A stretch of 64,000 nucleotides of DNA from Narcine bancroftii (Eukaryota), in assembly GCF_036971445.1 (NCBI RefSeq), contig NC_091475.1:79174001-79238000 (forward strand), written 5' to 3'. A program made the translations under genes and the position numbers. This document shows, in pieces, positions 52,456-64,000 of this stretch. The stretch's first letter is position 1, and every line of letters begins with the position of its first letter. The notes below the pieces were generated by a model, which was not told the origin of the DNA, did not search any database, and was given only the letters and a program-made list of their open reading frames with translations.

Positions 52456-54362
52456 TATTTCAATTTTAAAGATGAGACTAGATCTTCTGTTGTGGTTGGT
52501 CTTCAATTTGTTGGTTAGAGCTATGTTGCATCCTGCTCTAATAGTATTGTCAGTGTGCTCATGTGCTTACCTCAGTGTCTGATGTTTAACATCTGTGTCA
52601 CAAAACCTAAACCTCTGCTATGGCTGCAGGCAATATTGTGCCTGGAGAGTTAATAAGATGAAATGTTTTATCTGTAAAATACTCAACGTGGATTTAGGAA
52701 ACAGGTCAGTGGGAAACAGTTAAATTAATAAGAATTCAAGATAACTCGCTTGTATAGCTGAATAGCTTCTGACCTTGAATGAGGGAGAAATGGGCTAGAG
52801 TTTAAATAATTTAAGGTTGTGCCAAAATGCGAGTAAAATTCTGTCCATTTAAAATCTTGAATAAAGAAAGTCTTGCAAAAGTACAAGGAATGACAACTAT
52901 TGAGAATGTGCATAAAATAATAACAGTTAAGGTCATATAGTTAGTGGCTGTGTTTATTTGAAAGCATCATTGATTTTTTTTGGTGAAACTTGTTAACAAC
53001 ATGTTATGTTTTGTGTTCGACATGTGGCTGAGCATGAATGCTATTGGTTTTCCTTTTAACTTCATATGCTAATGTGGTGGTATGGGATTTGCTACTGCTG
53101 TGGTGGCCAATATCCAGAATCAGCAAGATCTCTAGTCCCATTGCATTTGTTCTCTTCAATCTTGCCTTCTCATCTTTTGGAAGACCAACTGAAAGTTGGA
53201 CCTTGGCAAGAACGATTTTGAAACAAGAGCAAAAGTGTAACCTAAGATGAGTCTTTGAGACCACACCATAGAATAATATGGAATACTGAATCCCAGTGAA
53301 AGAATATTTGATAGAGAGAGTGCAGTAGTATTCACTAGATTTATTTCTAAACTGGTTGGGGTTGTCATGAGGAGGGACTGAGCTATGCTTTTGAGAATGA
53401 AAGTGATCCCATTGATAGGTACTGTATTTACCCTGTAAAAATTCTGTACATATTTCCTCTGGACAGAATATGGAACCAGAAATCAGTTTTAAAACAAGGA
53501 GTTAGCTTTCAGGACTAAGTTGAGAAAAATTTCTTTGCCCAGAGAGTAATAAACCTTTGGGCTTTATATCTCCAGTTGCTGAAAATATTCAAGGCCAAGT
53601 CAGTAGCTTTCTCTACATTAATGGGATTAGGGATACAGGGTTAATGCTTGACACTTGAATTAAGGTAAAAGATAAAAACAATCTGAATGATCTGGTAGGC
53701 ACGGGTGGATTCACTTTTCAGTTTTTAGCTCATGATTGCTATTGAGATTTTTTTCTGAATTTATCTATTACCTGTTGGCACATTTTAAGTATCAAATTGG
53801 GATCACATCTTGCATGCCCTGGTTTCAAATAGCTATAAAGGTGACCATTCAGCTCACTACCACTTTCCTACTCTTTCTGTATTGAATGAAAGTGTGTTTT
53901 AGTCAGTCAGTTAGCCTTTACTGTCCCTTTCACACAAAGGGCCACAGAATTAAAACGATGCAAAGTTCCGGAGCCCACAGTGATGTTACAAAAACTGCTT
54001 AACAAAAACAGTACTACATACAATTAATTTTTCAGATAGACAATAGCATAAGACTGGTTGCAAACGAGATGTTAAAAATGTTCGGGGCCACTACAAGCTG
54101 CTAGTCGCACAGTCATCACATGTCAGGTTACCAACCTCTCTAGGTCCACCAGTGTTAGGGGAAACAGGCAACCTCACATTCATACTTCATGGAGCTCACC
54201 AATAGTTCCTTTCTTTTGAATCTGCTTCACTGGCATTTTTGAAGATGTAGATTTCAGAATTCATGAAATCTTTCTCTTTTTGTTACCTTCCTCTAGAGTG
54301 TGAATTGTCTACCCTGGATGGTGGTTGAGGCCAGATATGTAGATTTATTTAAGGTGGTGAGA

Positions 54363-54560
54363 GGGATGGCATGGTTTACGGTGCCAGTGATCAGGGCAAG
54401 GGTTCGAATCCCGCGCTGTCTACATTCTCCCTGTGTCTCCGTGGGTTTCCTCCCGGGGCTCCGGTTTCCACCTACCTTTTGGGTGTAGGTTAATTGGATG
54501 GCATAGACTTGTGGGTCGAAATGGACTGTTACTGTGCTGAACGTCTAAATTTAAAATAAA
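54363..54560 (+). mobile_element. tRNA-derived V-SINE (HE1-like)
   Basis: B-box GGTTCGAATCC at 54401-54411 and V-domain core TCTCCCTGTGTCTCCGTGGGTTTCCTCCCGGGGCTCCGGTTTCC. Confidence 0.75.
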
Positions 54561-55079
54561 TATTGAAGAGATTGGTGGTCAGGGAACTGCTAGAGAAAGC
54601 TTAGATCAGCCAAGGAGACTGAATTTTTTTTGGGGGGTGGGGGGTGGGGGGCGGCAGGCTTAATGGAGCTGAGTGTCCTACACCTATATTCTTGAGTTAC
54701 CTTCGATTTATTCTCTGCTACGACTGGGTGAGTTTTGAAACTGTAAACTCGGAGTCACAGTTGTAGTGAATGAAAATGTGTCCTTTGGCCCAATATCTGT
54801 CCATGCTGACCAAGTTGCTCAGTTGAGTTAGTAAAAACAATGCTGGAGGAACTCAGCCGGCCTTGCAGTATCCATAGGAGATAAATATATTGTTAGCCCT
54901 AATTGTCTGTATGTGACCAAAATTCTTCTTTCCCTTTCATAAGTTTTAAACTATGTCATTATACCTGCCTCATCCAAATAGTTATCGCCCTCTCTTCGAG
55001 TTCCCTCTCACCTTAAATATATCGTAGTTTTAGACTTATTCCCTTGACGAAAAAAAAGTGACTTTTCACCTTGTGCATC

Positions 55080-55860
55080 AAGCTATTAGCGCGTCTTAAA
55101 TCTCCCGTCCGCCGGCAGCTGCAGGCAGGATCCGAACGTCCTTCGGGAGTAGCAATACCTGATCCAAGCCTCGCTCCTTTCTGCTGTCAGTCAATTCCAC
55201 GCCCCGCCTTCTCATTCGTCCTTGAGCCGGCGCTGGGACCAAGCTGTCAATCAAATATGCGTCGCCATCGCTCCGCCCCTTCTCGCGCAAACACTTCCGG
55301 CTCTCTCAACCGAACTTGACCCGCGGCTCCCACCCATTGGTTCACGAACATCGCAGCCGGCTTGGCGATAGGCTCGATCGCCATGACAACGGCGGATAGC
55401 ATGTTAGGCTGTACTGGGGCCTGATTTTATTTTGGGAGGGGGAGGGAAAGGCCTGGGCCAAACCCCGACAAGAAGTTAGAAGTTGCGGCCGTTTGGAAGT
55501 AAGAGCCTCCCCTCTCACCCCGCCCAGCCCAGCGCCCCGGAGCCTCTGACCATCCCTTTCACCCCATACTCTTGACGGTGGGGCCTCGGGCTGGGCTGGG
55601 CAGGGTTGAGGCCGAGGGCACTTGTCTTTGGGGTGTCAGTGATCAGCTGGAGGCTGAGAGACCAAGATCCTGGCCTGGCCAGCTCTGGACTCTGAGCCCC
55701 TCTCTTGCATTACCCCAGTGCCCACCTTCCCCGAGAGAGCGAGGCAATGTGGGCACCGACGACCAGCTGGGAGGCTGCAGCACCGGACTCTTTGCCCACC
55801 GTACCCTGAGGTAAGGCTTAGTCCATTGTTGAGGGCAGCGGACGGGGGAGTCACCTCTCA
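55080..55860 (+). promoter_or_regulatory. USF3: CpG-island promoter and non-coding first exon(s) of USF3
   Basis: CpG island with GC boxes, ETS ACTTCCGG (55293-55300), inverted CCAAT and an X-box-like CGCCATGACAAC. Candidate donors GAA|GTAAGA (55498/55499) and GAG|GTAAGG (55810/55811). Assigned by position upstream of the USF3 coding exon. Confidence 0.65.
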
Positions 55861-55919
55861 CACCACCTGCTCTGTCTAAAACATTTACCCAGTTATGTTT
55901 TGGCCAAGTGGCGTGAGTA

Positions 55920-56250
55920 ACTCTTTCTTACAAGAAAGAATAATATGGATGTAAGCCTCTCTCCACAGTTGGGCACTTTACTGTCTTGTTAGACGTGCTG
56001 TCTTTTAGGTGAAACGTTGAACGGTGGTCTGTCTGCTTCCACGAGCATGTGTGAAAGGTTGCCTTGCAATTTTCAAGGAACTGTTATATAGAACCTGGTT
56101 AATATTTGTCTCTTAATCGCTTTGTGTGTCTATGCTGTTGTGTGTGTATTTATTTCACTGAAATGGATGTGTTTGCTTCTATCTGTAAGTTAACTTGCAA
56201 TTTCTGTAAGGCCAATGATATTGACTGCAAATAGCTTTGGGATGTTCTGA
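55920..56250 (+). mobile_element. DeuSINE-like copy
   Basis: Deu-like core GACGTGCTGTCTTTTAGGTGAAACGTTGAACGGTGGTCTGTCTGC and 3' sequence (gctttgggatgttctga). Confidence 0.5.
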
Positions 56251-56899
56251 AAGGGAAGAGGAAGATACAGTAGAAATGTGAGTTTTTTTTCTCGTGTTTG
56301 TGTTCTTCACTCTTCCAGTGACCACTGTGCTTTCAGTTTTTAGGAACCTAATCTATGGCCCTCTCTTCCATCCTTGTATGTTTTACAAAGCACCTTAACA
56401 TCCATCAGTCTCACTAGGTATTCGCCTCCTCTTAATCTCTCCATATGGCTTGCTATCAGATTTTCTCTGATAATTGCCTTTATTGAAGTACCTTGAGATA
56501 CTTTACTCCCAAGTGTTTTATAAATATAATAAAAGTAGATGGTTCTGCAATTGCTCAGCTGGTTGGGTAGCATCTGTGGGTTAAAAAAGAGTGAATATTT
56601 CAGAATGATGACTCTATCATTGTTGTAATTTGTATTAATGTCTTCATGATCTATTGTGGTGCTAAGAACTTTGCTGGAGTGAAATTTGTGTTTCCATGAA
56701 AGTTTTCTCAAGCAATAGATAGAGAGTCTAACTAGGGAGGGGGGAGGGTGGGAGCAACTTGTGAAACTAAAAGAGGCTATTCAACACCCTTGTCACACAT
56801 GTTAAAGAAGAATCCCTAAAGGTTCTATGAGAACAAAAGGATAACTGAGGAGACAATGTGTTCCAGTAGGGTCAGTGTGACTGTCTATGCGTGGACACA

Positions 56900-58350
56900 T
56901 GGAAAATGAATATTTCTTGTCTGCAATTATTGTGGATAGGTTTTGGAAACTTGCCATCATTTTGAAAGGGAAGGTGTTGGCGGTCTTGAGATGCATAAAA
57001 CCAGATAATTTCCTGAGGCCTGACCAAATATACCTAGGATATTGTGGGAACTAAGGAAAGAAATTGATAGAGGCCTGGCAGAAATGTTTCTATCTTTATT
57101 CGCCACACGTGAGGTACTGTGGGAATGGCTAACATTGTATCTTTGTTCAAGAAAGACTCCAACATCAAGCTTAAGAAGTAGAGGCCAGGAACCCTAATAT
57201 CAGTGGTGAGAAAGTTTCTGGAGGGGTATGATCTACTGACATTTGGAAAGGCAAGAACTGATGAGGGAGAGTCAACATGGTTTTGCATGTGGAAAATTGT
57301 GACCCATGGATTTGACTCACTTTTATGAAGAGGTGAGCAAGAATATTGATGAAGCAGGATGGAAGATATTGTCAATATAGAATTTAGCCGGTTCCACAGA
57401 TAGAATGGTCCAGAAAGTTGGATCACATAGGAACTGTCAATTGAATAAAAAATTGGCTCGTGGTAGGAATCAGAGGGGGATGGTGATGGTTGTTTTTCAG
57501 ATTGAAGGCCTATCACCAGTGGCATTCTGCAGTCCTCTAGGTATTTGTCGTACATGTTAGGAGTTTGGTTGAGAAGGTTCATGGAATGATTGGTAAGTTT
57601 GTGGATGAGACCACAGTTTGTATGGTGGATTGTGAAAGATGCTGTCTAAGGTAATGAGAGGACAGATCAATGGAAAAGTATGCAAAGGAATGGCAGAAGG
57701 AGTTTGTTCCCCATCCAAGATGATAGATGGCTTTAAGTTCCTAGGAGTAAATATTGCCAATGGCTTGACCTGGTCTAGTCATGTGATGCAATGGCCAAGA
57801 AAGTGCACCAGAAGCCTGAAGAAATTTGACATGTCACCTGTGTCCTTCAACAACCTCTGCAGATGCACCATTGAAAGTAATCGGTCATCATGCATCACTG
57901 TGTGGTACTGTGTGCTCTGTTCAATCTGCAAGAAATTGTAAAAAGCTGTGAATGCTGCTTAGACTATCACACAAAATTCCTTCCCTTCCATCAAATCCAT
58001 CTAGACTTCATGTTGCCTCAGAAAAGCAGTCAACATATATAGACTCTCATTCTAATCTGGCTACACTCTCTTCAGCCTTCACCTGTTGGGAAGAAAATTT
58101 ACAAGTCTGAGGTGACGCACAACCAGAATGCAATACAGTTTCTTTCCCAGTTATCAGACCCTTGAACAAACCTCTCACCAGAAAAATAAAGTTGCCTTTG
58201 CTCCATTCCAACTAGTCTCTATCTGTAACTGCATTATGTACTATGTTTTTTTTTTCCTGTGGGACCATGTATGGATTGGCTGGCTGGACTGTTTGCAAAA
58301 CAAACTTTCTCACTACACCTCAGTGAATGTGACAATCTGGAACTTGAATG
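56900..58350 (+). mobile_element. Degenerate CR1 fragment followed by a Rex1-like 3' fragment
   Basis: CR1 RT remnants (GPDQIY, SQHGF), then FKFLGVNI...LTWSSH...IES...CITVWY and an aacttgaa tail. Confidence 0.6.
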
Positions 58351-59291
58351 TGAACTAATCACAGAGGTGATTCTTATGCTCTCCACGTGGAATTTTCACA
58401 TTCTTTGCAATTACATGGTTTCCCTGGGTTACTCCAGTTTCCATTTGCATCTGCAAGATGTGCTGATTGGCAGATTAATTGACCACTGTAAATTTTCTGT
58501 GGAGGAGAATCAGGATGGATTTGATGGGGTTAAAGCAAGAAAATGTGCAGATGGTGGGATCAAGTGCAATACATGTGCTGGAGAAACTAAGCGGGTCACA
58601 CAGCATCCATGGAGAATAAAGGGTACCCAACGTACCCTTAGGCTTAGGCCTCCCAGTTGTCTTCCTGAGCCAGTCCTATTTGCCTACATTACATGAGGTC
58701 TTCTAGTCTAAATCTTCTGAAATATCTGCCTTCTCCCACAAATGTGGCTTCCCCTCCACCACCATCAACTCAGCCCTCACCCGCATCTCCATTTCCTGCT
58801 TATCTGCCCTGTCCCCCTCTGCCTCCAGACGCAACAAACACAGAATCCCTTTTATCCTCACCTACCACCCCAACAGCCTCCGCATTCAACACATTATCCG
58901 CTGGAATTTCCGGCACTTACTACAGGACCCCACCACCAGACACATTTTTTCTTCTCCCCTCTCAGCCTTTCATAGGGACCACTCCCTCCATGACTCCCTT
59001 GTGCACTCTTCACACCAATTACCACCCCCAAGCCCCTTTCACTGTGGTCGTAGGAGGTGTAATACCTGCATCCACACCTCCTACCTCACCATGGTCTGAG
59101 GTCCTAAACAGTCCTTTCAGGTGAAGCAACACTTCACCTGTACCTCCAAATAACTAATTTACTGCATCCGCACCTTCTGTGGCTACTCTACATCGGAGAG
59201 AGCGGTTGCAGATAAGGAGATCGCTTCACCCAACACCACCTCTCCGCAACAAAAGCAACCTCCCTGTAGCCAACCATTTCAATTCTGAGTC

Positions 59292-61502
59292 TGAAGTGCC
59301 AGTTGGTGAAGTAGACAAAAACGATGTGGTCAAACAATAATCATGGCTTTTATTAGCAGAAACTCATGGTACAATAATAGACAATAGGAGCTGGAGTAGG
59401 CCCTTTGGCCTGTCGAGCCAGCACCGCCATTTTACAGATCATGGCTGATCACTACTATCAGTACCCTTTTCCAGCCTTATCCCCATAACCCTTAACTCCT
59501 TTGCCCACTAGAGTCTTATCTAACTCTCTTTTGAACATATTTAGCAAATCTGCCTCTACCACCCTCTGTGGCAGAGCATTCCACAGATTCACACTTCTCT
59601 GGGTAAAAAAATGTTTTTTCATCTCCGTCCTAAAGGGCCTACCTTGTATTCTTAAACTATGCCCTCTAGTCCTCGTCTCCCCCATCATTGGGAACAAGTA
59701 ATCCGACTTCACCCTGTCTATCCCCTTGATAATCTTGTATACCTCAATCATGTCCCCCCCCTCATCCTTCTAAACTCAATCGGATACAAGTCCAGTCTTT
59801 CTAGCCTTTCAGCATATGTCAACCCCGCCATCTCTGGAACTAACCTTGTAAATCTGCGCTGCACACCCTCTATAGCTAGTATGTCCTTCCTCAAAATTGG
59901 AGACCAGAACTGGACGCAATACTCCAGGTGGGGTCTCACCAGGGCCCTGTACAACTGCAGAAGGGCGTCTCTGTTCCTATACTCCAATCCCCTCTTTATG
60001 AAAGCCATCATGCCATTTGCCTTCTTCACAGCTTTCTGAACCTGCATGTTAGCCTTCAGTGACCAGTGAACAAGTACACCCAGATCCATTTGCACCTCCC
60101 CACTCCCTAGCTTGTCTCCATTTAAATAATACTCAGCTTTCCTATTATTGCCCCCAAAATGGATAACCTCACATTTGCTCACATTGAACGTCATCTTCCA
60201 TTCAGCAGCCCACTCCCCCAACCTGTCCAAGTCCCTCTGCATTTTCCTGACATCCTCCTCACACCCCACACCGCCACCCAGTTTAGTGTCATCTGCAAAT
60301 TTGCTCATGTTATTAATAATCCCCTCATCCAAATAATTTACATAAATTACAAACAACTGAGGACCCAATACCGATCCCTGCGGCACTCCACTCGTCACAT
60401 CCTGCCATCCTGAAAAAGACCTGCTTACTCCACCCTATTTTTTAACCAATTTCCTATCCATGTCAGCACCTTACCTCCAATACCATGCTCCCTGATCTTG
60501 CCCAGTAGTCTCCCGTGCGGTACCTTATCAAAGGTCTTCTGGAAGTCCAAATACGCCACATCCACTGCCTCTTTGTCACATCCTCAAAAAATTCCAGAAG
60601 GTTAGTCAAGCATGACTTACCCTTAAGGAATCCATGCTGACTAGCCCTTATACTATTATTTCTGCCTAAGTGTTCTGCTATTACTCCTTTTATGATAGAT
60701 TCCAATATCTTCCCCACCACTGACGTCAGGCTGACCGGTCTATAATTTCCCGTTTTAAAGACTCCCTTCTTAAAAATCGGCACCACATCAGCCACTCTCC
60801 AATCCTCAGGGATCTCCCCCGAATCTATGGAACTTTGGAAAATGTCGACCAGTGCCTCCACAATTTCCATAGCAACTTCTTTAAGCACCCTGGGATGCAG
60901 CCCATCAGGCCCTGGGGATTTATCAGCCCTCAGTCCCAACAATTTACTCACAACCTCCTGCTTCTGGATCCGGATATCCATTAGATCCCCTACTTCCCCA
61001 GGAAAGTTCCCCAAGTCTCTTGATACCGCATGACCACTACCCCCTAACTGACCATAACCTATATCCTCCTTGGTGAAGACAGTTGCAAAGTATTTATTAA
61101 ATTCCTCAGCCATCTCCTTGTTTCCGGTAATTATTCCACCCTTTTCCATTCTTAATGGACCAATTTTAGACCGAACCAATTTCTTCCTCTTCACATATTT
61201 AAAAAAGCTTTTGCTTTCCTCCATTATATTATTTACTAATTTCCTCTCGTACTTCATTTTCCCCTCTCTTATGACTTTCTTAATTACCCTCTGATGCTCT
61301 TTGAAGGTTTCCCAATCCTCTAACTTCCCACTCCGCTTCGCTGTCTTATACTTACTCCCTTTGGATTTAATGAAAGACAATAGGTGCATACACAGTTATA
61401 CCCAAGGGGAGCGTCCTTAACAGTAGAGATAATGTACAGCCAATGTTAGTACAGCAAGGCTTGCCAGAGGGGAGACAGGCAGCTTGGCAGACATTAACCA
61501 CA
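59292..61502. mobile_element. Solo LTR (~215 bp net) with 5-bp TSD GAGTC, interrupted by a CR1
   Basis: TG...CA ends (TGAAGTG...AACCACA), with GAGTC at 59287-59291 and 61503-61507. Confidence 0.75.
59379..61374 (-). mobile_element. Relatively young 5'-truncated CR1 LINE
   Basis: ORFs of 308, 216 and 97 aa (KSPGPDGLHP, YRPVSLTS, SGVPQGSVLGP, KFADD, LEYCVQFWSP, TRGHSL). CR1 tail present; AGACAATAGG is repeated at both ends. Confidence 0.92.
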
Positions 61503-62709
61503 GAGTCACACTGTCCATGGCCTTTCACACTACCCCACCCTGTCCACCTGCAGAGTGAAGGAACACCTCATTTTTTGTCTGAGCACTCTCCATCCCGAGG
61601 GCATGAACATTGAGTTCACTGCATTCCATTAATCAACTTCCTTCCCCCCCAACTAGTTATTCCAATTCCTACTTCCTTTCTCTCTCCACCTAGCCCAGAC
61701 TCTTCTTCCCCCCCCTGCAGTATTCCCCCCTTCTCCACCTATCATCTCCCACCCCCCTCCCTTCCCCCTTTTGTTCAGATATTTTTCATGATTCCCCACA
61801 CCTTGATGAAGGCTCAAGCCCGAAACGTTATGTATCTTCACCTTTGCTACATAAAAGGCACCGTTTGACCTGCTGAGTTTCTCCAGCATTTGTGTGTTTT
61901 TTCACTTAATCATGTGTCAATGGATTCCTGTGTTTTACCCCTTCTGGCTTTTAATGCAAGTGTGACGTATAATGGCATGGGAGCATTAGTGGGCTATCAG
62001 GAGTCACTGAATTTGTCTCTCCTGGAAGAATAAATTGTAAAGTTTGAGAAAGTATAATTGGATGATGGATATAGTTAATTTGGATTAATTAGACAAATAC
62101 AGAATGTAAGAGAGGCAAAAAAAAGTTAAGAGTTAAGAAGCAAAATGCTAAAATGTATTAAAATTCTAACATTGATATGAATTGTCTACGTTGAATGTGA
62201 TTGTATGGTTTCTGTTCCCTTTCTGGGCTGGTGAGGTGAGTGACTTGGCAGCAGCATGAATTTCTTCTAAAAGGATCCTTGTGTGAGTTTAATGGGCAAT
62301 TAAAATGTAAATGGAATTTTTTCCTGAAACCAGTTGAGAATGAACTGCATTTCAGAATGGATCACCCAAAAACTGTTGGCCTTTCAGACTTGGGGAAATG
62401 TCTTCCTCATCAAAAAATGATCAGCGACACCAGTTCTGTTAAACTCACCAACAAGTTCTGACCCAAACATTTATGGGACACTTGGCTAACTAGTACAGCA
62501 CTATCCACTACCTTGTTCCTGTGATCATTTCACATTTGTCAATCTTGCTAGTGACTATCAGTAGATTGGAAATTGATGCAGAACAGTGTAAATTCAAATA
62601 AATCCAGACCTTGTTTGATGTCAGCCCTAGTTCCAGTTTATAATAATATACACCTTCTATTTTTTGTAATCTATTTGCTATGGTGGAAGAAGTACAGTCA
62701 TCAGTCACA

Positions 62710-62756
62710 ATGCCAGAAATGACAGAAAATCAGACACCATTGCGCAGAACTCACAG
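62710..62756 (+). CDS. USF3: Upstream transcription factor family member 3 (KIAA2018), first coding exon; gene continues beyond the window
   Basis: Encodes MPEMTENQTPLRRTH(R), similar to human MPEMTENETPTKKQHR. 47 coding nt end at CAG|GTAAGT. Position downstream of NAA50 matches human synteny. Confidence 0.88.
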
Positions 62757-63228
62757 GTAAGTGTGGATTGACTTTAAGCAAATGTACAAGGTGATTATTT
62801 CTGATTCAAATGCATCCCTTGAAGTCAGAAGCTTAATGGGGGTTGAGCTTCTTTTGTCCTCTCGTCCTAGTAAAGTACATCTTTAGTGCTACCCCTTCCA
62901 GAATGACCATGCCATTGAAAGGTTCTTCAGATTCACTACATTAATGTGATAAGTGTGTCTATTTCCAATGATTGATATTGTTGGATGTTTTATTTAGAAT
63001 GTATTTTAGGAATACCTTCAGGAGGCAGAGATGCACGTTTTTACTTGGTTAGTTTGTGAGCTTGAAAACTTGCAATTGGATGTTGTTCATCATTTCAAAA
63101 TCCAAGTTGTTTACCAAACAAGACCAAAAGGTTTAAATATTAGAAATAATGGAGCACATTGGGGTGGATAAATACTCAGAGCTGAATGGAATCTCTCCCT
63201 GAATACCAAGAGAAGTAGAAGGGAGGAG

Positions 63229-63491
63229 ATTTAATTTAGATATGCAGCATGGTAACAGGCCCTTTCAGCCACGTCCATGCCACCCAATTTACATCGAATT
63301 AAGCTACAATCCTGATAGTTTTGAACAGTGGGAGGAAATCAGACTGCCTCCCCCTCCCCCACAGGGGAATACCAACGCAGACATGGGGAGAACATATCAA
63401 CTCCTTATGGACAGCGTGAAATTTGAACCCATATCCTGATCACTGGCGCTGTAAAGGCGGTGCACTAACCATGACACCAACTATGCCACCC
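63229..63491 (-). mobile_element. tRNA-derived V-SINE (HE1-like)
   Basis: Reverse-complement B-box (atttgaaccc), V-domain (acgcagacatggggagaacat) and an atttaatttag tail. Confidence 0.7.
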
Positions 63492-64000
63492 TCATTTGGA
63501 ATTGAGATTGTTGGGGGTCTAATTTGTCCAACTGCGTCAGAGATTTTTGGATCTTTATTGGTGATGAGTGAGATACCAGGACATTGGGGGGTAGTAGACA
63601 TAGTCTCCTTATTCATAAAGTGGGAAAGTCTAGATACTGCAGACTGGTAAGCCTTACAGGTTTGGTAGGGAAGTTGTTGGACAAAATTCTGATGGGTATG
63701 ATTTGTGTTCACTTGGAAAGGCAGTGACCGATTAGGAGCCAGCCAATATGATCTTGTGCAGGTGAGATAATGTTTCACAAATCTGATCCAGCTTTTTGAG
63801 TAAGTAAGAACATTGATAGAGGCAACATAGTAATGTGGTATGTACCATATGGTCGATGGAGCCTAGACTCACATTTCGTGGACTTCAGCCCCCGCACCCC
63901 CACCGCCCAAATGAAACACAGATAAGGTTCGCATGGCTGTAACCTTTGACCCTACTAGCCTTCGCACCTGCCTTAGTTATCATCACTTCTACCAGCTACA

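Larger units (their letters stand above)
58540..61935 (+). mobile_element. Penelope-like element with inverted termini, interrupted by a solo LTR (59292-61502)
   Basis: GIY-YIG LIYCIRT...YIGE. The host resumes across the insertion (aattctgagtc|acactg). Termini gctggagaaact...gggtca and tgacctgctgagtttctccagc are inverted. Confidence 0.75.

Noticed and set aside
54401-54411. tRNA gene suggested by the B-box GGTTCGAATCC
   Set aside because: There is no cloverleaf and the box is followed by the V-SINE core, so it is a SINE head.

Overview
Vertebrate nuclear DNA, very likely from a cartilaginous fish (ray or shark), judged from V-SINE/HE1-type and DeuSINE-type SINEs plus CR1, Penelope, Rex1 and L1 repeats. 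The window holds the complete five-exon NAA50 gene on the + strand (ATG 16317 to stop 51989; 504 nt CDS, 167 aa, all junctions GT-AG and in frame). It also holds the promoter and first coding exon of USF3 (MPEMTENQTP..., 62710-62756). A CpG-island, probably bidirectional promoter at about 14.9-16.5 kb likely drives ATP6V1A on the other strand; that is inferred from the human gene order ATP6V1A<-/->NAA50->USF3, and no ATP6V1A coding exon was found. The rest is intronic and rich in transposons, with several resolvable nested insertions. One is a full-length L1 with a 15-bp TSD that carries a young RTE and a Tc1/mariner MITE. Another is a CR1 inside a solo LTR inside a Penelope element. There is also a Gypsy element with a tRNA-Ser PBS interrupted by a second LTR-like element. 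The most unusual observations are a 128-bp templated copy pasted into an L1 ORF1 from 2 kb away, a CpG-rich ~31-bp minisatellite inside the divergent promoter, a CLEAR-like E-box/CRE/NRF1 cluster there, and a NAGNAG acceptor in NAA50. I found no convincing evidence of a wholly new multi-gene system.
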